A stretch of 32,000 nt of DNA from Pyrodictium occultum (lineage in GTDB: Archaea > Thermoproteota > Thermoprotei_A > Sulfolobales > Pyrodictiaceae): contig NZ_LNTB01000002.1 of assembly GCF_001462395.1 (NCBI RefSeq), positions 60,001-92,000 of the forward strand, read 5' to 3'. The notes under the pieces are model-generated. The model saw only the letters and a program-made list of their open reading frames with translations. It had not been told where the DNA came from and did no database searches. This document shows, in pieces, positions 24,549 to 32,000 of the stretch (within the stretch, counting starts at the first letter, position 1; each line of letters begins with the position of its first letter). The translations under genes and the position numbers were made by a program.

Positions 24549-25619
24549 ATGAAGATACTCTACATAACTCCTAGATACTATCCGCATATAGGTGGTGTGG
24601 AGTATGTAGTGAAGTCTGTCGCTGAGAGGCTGGTTAGATGGGGGCATAAAGTTGCTGTGTTCTCTGGAGAACCCAATATAGAGATTCCTAAGGAAGATAA
24701 TGTCAATAATGTACATGTAATTAGGTGGCCTGTATGGAGCCCCTCTAATGCTTATCATGTACCGAGAAAAAAGACCTTGTTTGAAAGAATGTTGGAAAAT
24801 CTGCTGGATGATATAGATGTACTTCATATTCACAACATACATAGTGTTTTAACATATTATGCATGGAAAATTTGGAGACGAAGAAAAAACTGCAAGTTGA
24901 TTTTAACGCCTTATTATCATGGAACAGGTCATACAGTAATTAGGAGAATGTTGTGGATCGGATGGAGAAGAATAATTAGAAGGATAATAAGAGATGCATA
25001 TAGGGTTCATACAGTATCGCAATTAGAAGCTTCATTGATATCAAGAGATTTCCAGGTGCCGGCTGTACCGATCGAAAACGGGGTTGAAGAGAAAGTTAAA
25101 AGGCTCAATTGGAAACCTAGCAATTATGTTCTTTATGCAGGTAGGATTGAGAAATATAAAAATATTCATAGGCTAGCTAAAATAATATTGATGCTTAATA
25201 AGAAATATGGATATGATCTTAGCTTTATGGTTATTGGTGAAGGCCCATATAGAGAAAAGCTTAAAAAATATTTAGATAATATAGGAATCAATTATGTGAT
25301 CTCACACTTTAAACCATATGAGGAATACCTCAAAATACTTTCGCAAGCATACTTCTTTGGATTGCTATCTGAAAAGGAATCTTATCCTCAGAGTGTGAAT
25401 GAGGCCAATGCCATTGGAGTACCGGTGGTTATAGCAAAACCTTGGGGAGCAAATTTTAATAAAAGAAGGAGAACATTAATAATTGATCCAGAAAGCAATA
25501 GTGAGGTTTTAGCCATGAAAATAAGCGAATTCTTAAAACAAGTAGCTAATGAGCCTAGATCTAATGTCCCTACATGGGATGAGATCGCTAAAATATACAT
25601 TCAAAAACTGTATAGCTAG
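24549..25619 (+). CDS. GT4 family glycosyltransferase
   Basis: The true start is MKILYITPRYYPHIGGVEYVV at 24549. The upstream 852 nt of track ORF 23697-25619 is an alternative frame of the GT2 gene. The E-x7-E motif is EKESYPQSVNEA. Confidence 0.85.
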   Translation: MKILYITPRYYPHIGGVEYVVKSVAERLVRWGHKVAVFSGEPNIEIPKEDNVNNVHVIRWPVWSPSNAYHVPRKKTLFERMLENLLDDIDVLHIHNIHSVLTYYAWKIWRRRKNCKLILTPYYHGTGHTVIRRMLWIGWRRIIRRIIRDAYRVHTVSQLEASLISRDFQVPAVPIENGVEEKVKRLNWKPSNYVLYAGRIEKYKNIHRLAKIILMLNKKYGYDLSFMVIGEGPYREKLKKYLDNIGINYVISHFKPYEEYLKILSQAYFFGLLSEKESYPQSVNEANAIGVPVVIAKPWGANFNKRRRTLIIDPESNSEVLAMKISEFLKQVANEPRSNVPTWDEIAKIYIQKLYS

Positions 25620-25623
25620 GTGA
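25619..25623 (+). promoter_or_regulatory. GGTGA Shine-Dalgarno-like site
   Basis: ggtga lies 7 nt upstream of the ATG at 25631, a typical crenarchaeal internal-operon ribosome site. Confidence 0.4.
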
Positions 25624-25630
25624 CAATTTT

Positions 25631-26578
25631 ATGAGGGGAAAAGCATTAATCACTGGTGGTGCGGGCTTCATCGGTAGCCACTTAGTTGATAGACTCCTCA
25701 AAGAGGGGTGGGCTGTAAGAGTAGTCGATAATTTTAGCTCGGGCAGGTATAGTAATCTAGCTCATCATAGAGACAATCCTATGTTGGAAATAATTAGAGG
25801 AGACCTCAAGGATGCTGAGACAAGTATGAGGGTCGTAGAGGGGGTTGACGTCGTTTTCCACTATGCTGCCAATCCTGAAGTTCGCGTGAGCACTACAAAC
25901 CCCGATATACATTTCAATGAGAATGTAGTGGCCACTTTTAACCTCCTAGAAGCTATGAGGAAGAAAGATATTAGGAAGCTCGTCTTTGCATCCTCTAGCA
26001 GCGTCTATGGTGAGCCTGAGAAAATACCGGTTAGTGAAAACGCACCGATAAAACCAGTATCCGTTTATGGGGCTAGTAAAGCTGCATGCGAGTCGCTAAT
26101 ACATGCATATAGTAAGCTATATGGGATAAAATCCGTTGTTCTTAGATACGCAAATGTCGTAGGACCTAGGCTTAGACACGGCATCATATACGATATAATT
26201 CAGAAACTAAGGAAAAATCCGAGAAGGCTAGAAGTCTTAGGCGATGGAACACAGGTTAGGAGCTACATCTATATCACAGATGCCATCGAGGCCACAATGC
26301 TTACCTTCAAAAACATGAATGATTATTTTGAAGTATACAATATAGGAAACGAGGACTGGATCACGGTAGACGAGGTAGTAAATGTAATTATAAAAGTTAT
26401 GGGGCTAAGTAATGTAGAGATAATCCATAAGCCTATAGCCCATGGAGTAGGATGGCCAGGTGATGTGAAAAGAATAGCGCTTAGTATTGAGAAGCTGAAA
26501 AGCTTAGGATTTAAACCAAGAATGAATAGTATAGAATCTGTGAAGGAGGCGGCCAAGCATGTCGCAAATGAACCCTAA
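25631..26578 (+). CDS. NAD-dependent epimerase/dehydratase (UDP-sugar 4-epimerase-like SDR), intact
   Basis: ITGGAGFIGSHL Rossmann motif, ASSSSVYG, YGASK (YxxxK), LRYANVVGPR. 315 aa, uninterrupted. Confidence 0.9.
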   Translation: MRGKALITGGAGFIGSHLVDRLLKEGWAVRVVDNFSSGRYSNLAHHRDNPMLEIIRGDLKDAETSMRVVEGVDVVFHYAANPEVRVSTTNPDIHFNENVVATFNLLEAMRKKDIRKLVFASSSSVYGEPEKIPVSENAPIKPVSVYGASKAACESLIHAYSKLYGIKSVVLRYANVVGPRLRHGIIYDIIQKLRKNPRRLEVLGDGTQVRSYIYITDAIEATMLTFKNMNDYFEVYNIGNEDWITVDEVVNVIIKVMGLSNVEIIHKPIAHGVGWPGDVKRIALSIEKLKSLGFKPRMNSIESVKEAAKHVANEP

Positions 26579-27254
26579 AGTATCAGCCATAAACTCTATT
26601 CTTAGCCGGTTAAGACTGGCTCGTGACTCAAAGCTTTTAGACATAGGTTGTGGCGACGGTAGTTTAACTATCCTTATTGCTAATAAGCTTAAAGTAAGTG
26701 AAATATATTGTATCGATGTAGACGAAAACGCATTAAGTATAGCTAATAAAAAGGGTATAATTACTTTCAAGCTTGACATAAGCAGAGATGATCTTCCTTT
26801 TCCAGAAAATACTTTTGATCTATGCCTTATGCTTGACGTGATAGAACATCTTGAAAACCCAGATCATGCACTTAGAGAAGCTTATAGAGTCCTAAAAAGA
26901 GGGGGATACTTACTGATCACAACTCCGAACATGGCTTCATGGTATAATCGTTTACTACTACTTCTCGGAAAACCTATCCTAGGCATTGACTTATCTAAAG
27001 AGTTTAGGTACAGGTACCCTCTTGGTGTAACACAGGTTATATCTGGACACCTAAGGCTTTACACCCTAGATGCACTTAGGAAGATGCTCTTTTATCACGG
27101 ATTTAGAGTAAAGTATGAAGCCGGATATCCACAGGTCTTCTCAAAAACTCAGGTAAAGGGCTTCATACGCCTGGTTAGGCTTCTAGATGCATCTATCGCG
27201 CGCATCAGCAAGACCTGGGCGGCTAACCTATTAGTGTTAGCTGTTAAGAGCTGA
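26559..27254 (+). CDS. Class I SAM-dependent methyltransferase
   Basis: LLDIGCGDGSLT (motif I), LDVIEHLENPDHALREAYRVLKRGGYLLITTPN. 20-nt overlap with the epimerase gene. Confidence 0.85.
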   Translation: MSQMNPKVSAINSILSRLRLARDSKLLDIGCGDGSLTILIANKLKVSEIYCIDVDENALSIANKKGIITFKLDISRDDLPFPENTFDLCLMLDVIEHLENPDHALREAYRVLKRGGYLLITTPNMASWYNRLLLLLGKPILGIDLSKEFRYRYPLGVTQVISGHLRLYTLDALRKMLFYHGFRVKYEAGYPQVFSKTQVKGFIRLVRLLDASIARISKTWAANLLVLAVKS

Positions 27255-27255
27255 C

Positions 27256-29013
27256 ATGTCGGTATTATCACTACTCCAAACACCACTAGTTCTATACACA
27301 GTTATCCTGACCATTACTTGGTTCTCCCTATTGGTGATTTCAGAGATCGCCCCCATAAAACCTAGTCTCAGCCCGAAAACTAGTAACAGACTAATGCATT
27401 CAATTTTTATAATTTACATTTTTATAACAATATTTTTCATCAAATTAAATTTAGTCTTGTATCCATATTTACATGCGATTATGATCGCACTCATTCTCTT
27501 ACTCATACTAGGATCAATGCAGCATAATCCAAAGTCTTTGCTCTTGGTAGCCCTCTCTACAGCTATAACGCCCATAATAGTCATGACATCTACAAAGCAC
27601 CCGCTTCCACTAGGTGATGACGCACGCTTCATTGGGTTCGCCCAAGCCATCTATAGAGATGGGAGATGGATACCGTTCAAATACCAGGAAAACACGTACT
27701 ATCAGCCATTCCATCTAATACCTTTCCTCGAATATATTCTAGCAGTATTGCTAGGCCTCAACTTAAAAAACATTGAAGCATACTATCTCCTCCTAAAATT
27801 TAGCCTCTGGCTCACTTATATGATCTCCACTTACCTAGTTATAAAGAACTTAAGTAATGATTACTCTAAGTCATTAGTAGGTATACTGCTTCTATCTATA
27901 ACTCCCCCAATCGCTCTAACCCAGGTAGTTCACCAAGCTTATGCGATAGTGCTTTTCCTGATAACAGCCTCAGTATTAGTGAAGGAAATAAGGGTTAGGC
28001 AGAGCTTAAACACACTGTTCCTAGTTATAATAGTATTATGGATTGCTGGAATAATTGCTCATGCAACCTATACTGTGATGTTTCTAGCATTCATTTTACC
28101 CCTCTTCTTAATAGAAAGGGAGGGGGTTTCTAAGAAAAACATTGCATTGCTCTCAGCAACACTAGTATCAATTAGCATCATTTATTGGACATACCTATAC
28201 ATGCTTGACGAGATTGTACGATCAACAATAAGTGCTACGACAAGACTCATAGATTTACTAATAGGGAGAACACCGTTCTCCCCCTTCCATGGAACAGCAA
28301 AACCCTGGTACACGTCATCTACATCAACATTTTTCATAGCCTGGGCCTTTGTTCCCTCCATAGTAGCCTCATACATACTCCTTCTCCTTTCAAAAATAAT
28401 ATTTAAACATTGGAAATACTCTTGGAGTTTCATGGAACTGTTAGGTTTTCTAGGATTAAGCGGAACAGCCGTAAACTATATCTTACGCGCTCTCTCCACT
28501 TTTGGCGGCAGGTACTTCTACTGGCTATACATACTAATGATCCCGCTGGCAACTATGGTAGTAAAGAAAGTATCAAGAAGCCCACTCAGTCTATTACCCT
28601 CCATAATCCTGATCTCCACGGCTGCGTTTTACGGCATACAGGATCCAACAATGGCTGCTAACACTTATGGAAACTATATTGGCTGGGCAGACAGAACCAG
28701 CTGGCATATAGCCCTAGAGCTACAGCCATACCTTGGCCACAGAGCATCCAAATGGATCGATCCAAGACTGTCAGCACCACTAAGCTCCACAGCTCCGCTA
28801 CCAGCAGGTAATGGGAGAATCAACTATCAGCAAAAGGTAGCAATAATAGGTGTTGATAAGGTAGGATTGAAAGGCGCCTCAAAGGACCCACGTAATGTAG
28901 ACTGGTTTATAAGAAATTTCAACGTAGAACCACATAACATCATGAATAAGCTAGACGAATTTAGTGTAATTCTAAACATCGACAAATATATCGGGATATG
29001 GGGAAACCCTTGA
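27256..29013 (+). CDS. Polytopic membrane protein (candidate glycan polymerase or GT-C-like enzyme; function unknown)
   Basis: 585 aa with a dozen or more hydrophobic segments by eye. An early loop reads HPLPLGDDARFIGFAQAIYRDGRW. The C-terminal ~130 aa are hydrophilic. The gene starts 1 nt after the methyltransferase stop. Confidence 0.75.
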   Translation: MSVLSLLQTPLVLYTVILTITWFSLLVISEIAPIKPSLSPKTSNRLMHSIFIIYIFITIFFIKLNLVLYPYLHAIMIALILLLILGSMQHNPKSLLLVALSTAITPIIVMTSTKHPLPLGDDARFIGFAQAIYRDGRWIPFKYQENTYYQPFHLIPFLEYILAVLLGLNLKNIEAYYLLLKFSLWLTYMISTYLVIKNLSNDYSKSLVGILLLSITPPIALTQVVHQAYAIVLFLITASVLVKEIRVRQSLNTLFLVIIVLWIAGIIAHATYTVMFLAFILPLFLIEREGVSKKNIALLSATLVSISIIYWTYLYMLDEIVRSTISATTRLIDLLIGRTPFSPFHGTAKPWYTSSTSTFFIAWAFVPSIVASYILLLLSKIIFKHWKYSWSFMELLGFLGLSGTAVNYILRALSTFGGRYFYWLYILMIPLATMVVKKVSRSPLSLLPSIILISTAAFYGIQDPTMAANTYGNYIGWADRTSWHIALELQPYLGHRASKWIDPRLSAPLSSTAPLPAGNGRINYQQKVAIIGVDKVGLKGASKDPRNVDWFIRNFNVEPHNIMNKLDEFSVILNIDKYIGIWGNP

Positions 29014-30122
29014 AGATTCTTTTCCAAACAATAGGTGTTTTAATACAATATAATTGGGCTTTACCATACTATTTGAGTAGAGAGGACGTTAAAATTACTC
29101 TCATAACGAATATGTTTTCCTACTTTATGGGCGGGTATTATTACCACTTTAAAGCACTTAATAAGCTAACACCGCTTTTCACGGGCTTCGGGTTACCTTA
29201 TACCCAGCAATACGACAAAAATATTACCAGTAACATTCCAGTAGGTAGGCTTAGTAGAGGATCTGATGTAATCCATCTTAATGATTCAAAAAATCCTCTT
29301 ACGAAAAGACTGTTAAATGTAGATAAACCTAAGCTTTTCTTCCTTCATGGATCGCTAGATATAATAAATCTAGCTAATCCGCCTAAAGAATTAGAGGAAA
29401 TAAGATCTAAAGTTGATGCGTTCGTGGTTGCAAGCAATCATGCCGCCTATACTGTTAGGAGAGTGCTCGGGTTCACGCCGATAGTTATACATCACGGCAT
29501 AGATACTATGATATTCAACCCCTTCAATATCACTAAGCAGAGAGCGAGAGAAAAACTGTCAATACCATTGAATAAAAGGGTTATATTATAGGTCGCCCGG
29601 ATAAGCCCTGAGAAAAACCTCCAGATGGCCATCAAAGCCCTCCCACATGTGGTTAGTGAGGATAAAGATGTTCTACTGGTAGTTAAAGGGAGAACAGTAG
29701 ATAGAAAGTATTTGGGTTTCATTCTCAAGCTGATTAAGAAGCTAAATGTGAGTAAATATGTAAGATTTGATTTCAAATGGAGCCCCAACGTGACTATGGT
29801 CTATTATTATTATCGGGCTGCAGATGTTTATGTACATACATCCTTGTCCGAAGCTTTTGGCTCCCTAACACTCTTAGAAGCTATGGCTTCAGGGACGCCA
29901 GTAGTAGCAAATAACGCTTCAAGCATCCCTGAAGCCGTTGGTAATGCTGGCCTACTAGTAAACTCAGAGGAAGAACTAGCTGAAAAGATTCTAGAAATAC
30001 TGCATGATGATAGCCTAAGACGCAAACTATCTAGAGAAGGCTTTAGAAGAGTTATCGAAAATTTTTCGTTAAAAATAACTGCTAAGAAATATCTACAACT
30101 ATATAGAAAATTGATGGGTTAA
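28998..30122 (+). pseudogene. GT4 glycosyltransferase interrupted by a single in-frame TAG (29589-29591)
   Basis: Track ORFs 28998-29591 and 29625-30122 are in the same frame. Reading through gives ..LNKRVIL*VARISPEKNLQMAIKALP.., the conserved ilyvGRl.peKg junction between the two GT-B halves. The downstream part carries the E-x7-E motif SEAFGSLTLLEAMA. Confidence 0.75.
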
Positions 30123-30140
30123 AAAGGTGTAAGCAAGGAC

Positions 30141-30653
30141 GTGGTGCTAGTTAGCATAGTAATATTAAACTACAATTGTAGTTTAATATTACATTGTGAA
30201 GAGTACTTGAACAGATTGCTTGGAAGTTGCTCTATATTAACTACTAGAGGACATGCTTTTGCTGTTCTTATACGGAGGGAGACAGTTATAGATTGGAAAC
30301 CACGACATGATCTTTCAGCACTTGAGACCTTCAGCCTTGCACAACATATATTATCTAAGGGATACCTATGGATAGAGCTTTTTAAACCCTGTTGTATTCA
30401 TCTAAAGGAGCTAAAATATGGAGCAGGTATAAGCCGTTATTTTAGACAAGGTCTTTGGGAAGGTGCAGGGGCTAGACTTGTAGGAATCAAGAAAAGACAT
30501 ATGCTTGAGGAAGTTGTTGCTAGATTATTAGGAGGGGTCTTAACCGCTTTAATTACTCATGATGTAAAACATTTAGCTAATAATACAGCTTTAAGACTAG
30601 GGCTACTTCTAGGTTATCTTGTACCTTATAAATTCAGAGTCTGGCGTAGATGA
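30141..30653 (+). pseudogene. GT2 glycosyltransferase remnant lacking the central D-x-D catalytic core
   Basis: It starts VVLVSIVILNYN (GT2 N-terminal motif) and jumps within about 25 residues to late-GT2-like segments (GHAFAVLIRRETV, DLSALETFSLAQHILSKGY..CCIHL). About 100 residues of a normal GT2 are missing. Confidence 0.5.
30159..30192. repeat. Perfect 34-bp palindrome
   Basis: gtaatattaaactacaa|ttgtagtttaatattac. All 17 base pairs verified position by position. Centred on caattg. Confidence 0.95.
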
Positions 30654-30735
30654 AATGTTTTGTGTCACAGCGTTGTTCGGAAATAAAAATTCCAGTTTAT
30701 TAAACTAAGACAGCGTATTTAGTGAAAAGTCCAAG

Positions 30736-31941
30736 TTGAAAATACTTATTATCTCAGAGCCCTTTTGGCCTAAGGGTAGCGGAGGTCCTCTAGCCACTTA
30801 TCTTATAACTAGGATTCTAGCAAGGAATAGAGACTTTAATATAACTGTTGTTATTGGCACTGAGAAATCGGCTAAGATAAGAAACGTTGAATTCATTGTG
30901 GATCCTATGCTTAGAGCTTCAAATAAGGTAAAGTTGTTACTAAGACTTACTAATCCTGTGGTAAGGCATAAATATGAGAAGCTTATAAAAAAATTCGATA
31001 TATTGTATATTCCATCATACTCCCCCTGTGGTTATCCTCTAATACCTATTGCTAAGAGGCTTGGGAAGAAGGTGGTTGTTCACCTCCACGACTACCAGCC
31101 CTTCTCCTACAACTCCGTCATACCGGCAGGCCGCCACGGTAGTGTTTTGAATGGTGTCAGCTACGAGGCCCGGTACGAGGTTTACGAGCATGGCAGCGTT
31201 GGGAGGGCTGTCCTGGGATCCCTGGCGACCCCTCTCATAGGTCTTTACAGGCTGTGGGTTAGACAGGCGGATGCAGTCGTATGCGTCTCAAGGAGGCAGG
31301 CGGAAATAGTGGCTGAGATAGCGCCAGAGCTTAGGGGCAGGATCAGGGTCGTATACAACCCCCTCCCAGACGTCCCCCCAACGGAGAAGAGGCTTGGAGA
31401 CCCCGCCTTCCTATATCTAGGCGGTGACAGCTACATTAAGGGGTTCCATGTTCTCCTGGGCGCTTCCCGGAAAATCCTGGAGCATTATCCCAATGTAGAA
31501 TTCCTGCTAGCCGGGAGATTCAGGGATTCAAGCAGGCTCCTCGTCGAGAAGCTGAACAGAAGGTTTAATGAAGCATATAGGGTGCTAGGCTACCTGAAGC
31601 ATGAAGATATTGTAAGGCTTCACGGAGAGAGCTACGCCCTCCTCTTCCCATCAGTAGTCGAGGAGCCCTCGCCATACGCTGTCCTCGAATCCATGCTGGC
31701 CGGGACGATACCAATAGCTTCGAGGGTGGGCGGGGTCCCCGAGATAGTTGAGGGTACACCCGCCGAGAGAATGCTCTTCACGCCAGGCGATGCAGGCGAG
31801 CTAGTGGACCGTATCGAACACGTTTTATCCTTCTCCAAGGAGCAGCTAGTCGATATGGGGTTTAAGCTGAGGGAGTCTGTCACGAGGAAGTTTAATAACG
31901 AAAGAATTAAGCGAGAGCTGATGAAAGTGTTTACTATATAA
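30736..31941 (+). CDS. GT4 family glycosyltransferase, compositionally mosaic
   Basis: TTG start. MKILIISEPFWPKGSGGPLATY.., HLHD, FLYLGGDSYIKG, and the E-x7-E motif EEPSPYAVLESM. 401 aa. A TTTATTAAA box at 30696-30704 lies ~35 nt upstream. Confidence 0.85.
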   Translation: MKILIISEPFWPKGSGGPLATYLITRILARNRDFNITVVIGTEKSAKIRNVEFIVDPMLRASNKVKLLLRLTNPVVRHKYEKLIKKFDILYIPSYSPCGYPLIPIAKRLGKKVVVHLHDYQPFSYNSVIPAGRHGSVLNGVSYEARYEVYEHGSVGRAVLGSLATPLIGLYRLWVRQADAVVCVSRRQAEIVAEIAPELRGRIRVVYNPLPDVPPTEKRLGDPAFLYLGGDSYIKGFHVLLGASRKILEHYPNVEFLLAGRFRDSSRLLVEKLNRRFNEAYRVLGYLKHEDIVRLHGESYALLFPSVVEEPSPYAVLESMLAGTIPIASRVGGVPEIVEGTPAERMLFTPGDAGELVDRIEHVLSFSKEQLVDMGFKLRESVTRKFNNERIKRELMKVFTI

Positions 31942-32000
31942 ATGTGTGGGATAATGAGGCCGGCAGACCAGACTAATACCTATAATACTGACGGCAACTA

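Larger units (their letters stand above)
24540..31070. other. AT-rich genomic island carrying a second glycan-biosynthesis cassette (right limit uncertain)
   Basis: Hand counts of G+C: 24661-24720 33%, 30901-30960 35%, 24541-24600 43%. Compare 63% at 31081-31140 and 58-83% in sampled resident stretches. Encoded proteins shift to K/I/N/Y-rich composition. Confidence 0.8.

Noticed and set aside
24186-24842. 218-aa minus ORF spanning the GC/AT boundary
   Set aside because: It is antisense to two well-supported plus-strand genes and has no motifs.
29589-29591. TAG as a pyrrolysine codon
   Set aside because: No pyl genes are visible, and a crenarchaeal context makes genetic-code expansion unlikely. 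A nonsense mutation or a split gene is simpler.
24500-31100. Searched the island edges for an integrase, transposase, tRNA gene or flanking att-like direct repeats
   Set aside because: None found by eye. I therefore did not call the island a mobile element, only a compositional island.
31942-32000. Possible C/D-box sRNA (ATGAGG .. CTGA) after the last gene
   Set aside because: The C box does not match RUGAUGA, there are no internal C'/D' boxes, and the segment is truncated by the window end.
1-32000. CRISPR arrays, rRNA genes, tRNA genes
   Set aside because: No regularly spaced repeats and no rRNA- or tRNA-like sequences seen. The window is essentially saturated with protein-coding genes.

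Overview
GC-rich archaeal chromosome segment (hand-counted 60-nt samples run about 58-80% G+C). Codon usage (ATA Ile, AGG Arg, CTA Leu in a GC-rich background), frequent GTG/TTG starts, 4-nt start/stop overlaps, GGTGA-type ribosome sites and isolated AT-rich TATA-like boxes suggest a hyperthermophilic crenarchaeon (Thermoproteota, Desulfurococcales-like). I cannot name the organism. The window is almost fully coding. Left to right: (1) a minus-strand ORF of more than 1,220 codons, missing from the ORF track because it runs off the window, encoding a sequon-rich S-layer-like surface glycoprotein (1-3671). (2) Resident glycosylation genes: a GT4-like transferase, a decayed SDR epimerase pseudogene, a sugar-phosphate nucleotidyltransferase, a thymidylate-kinase-like P-loop protein and an NTP_transf_5-like protein. 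(3) A 12-gene, ~11.9-kb, tightly packed minus-strand gene string (8372-20232) joining a DUF4129/DUF4350/MoxR/DUF58 cassette, a split and order-permuted DUF1616 pair, and a MacB/FtsX-type ABC exporter with a 529-aa polytopic protein embedded in it. This is my best candidate for an undescribed envelope-associated system. (4) A Dpm1-like GT2, a Wzx/MOP-type flippase, an orphan helical protein and a second GT2. (5) At ~24.54 kb the sequence switches abruptly to AT-rich DNA (samples 33-45% G+C). This island carries a second glycan cassette: GT4, an intact epimerase paralogous to the dead resident copy, a methyltransferase, a 585-aa polytopic protein, a GT4 with one in-frame TAG, a GT2 remnant whose homology breaks at a perfect 34-bp palindrome, and a GT4 with a ~0.8-kb GC-rich patch inside an AT-rich gene. 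I saw no rRNA, tRNA, CRISPR array, transposase or integrase. All family calls come from motif recognition by eye, not database searches.
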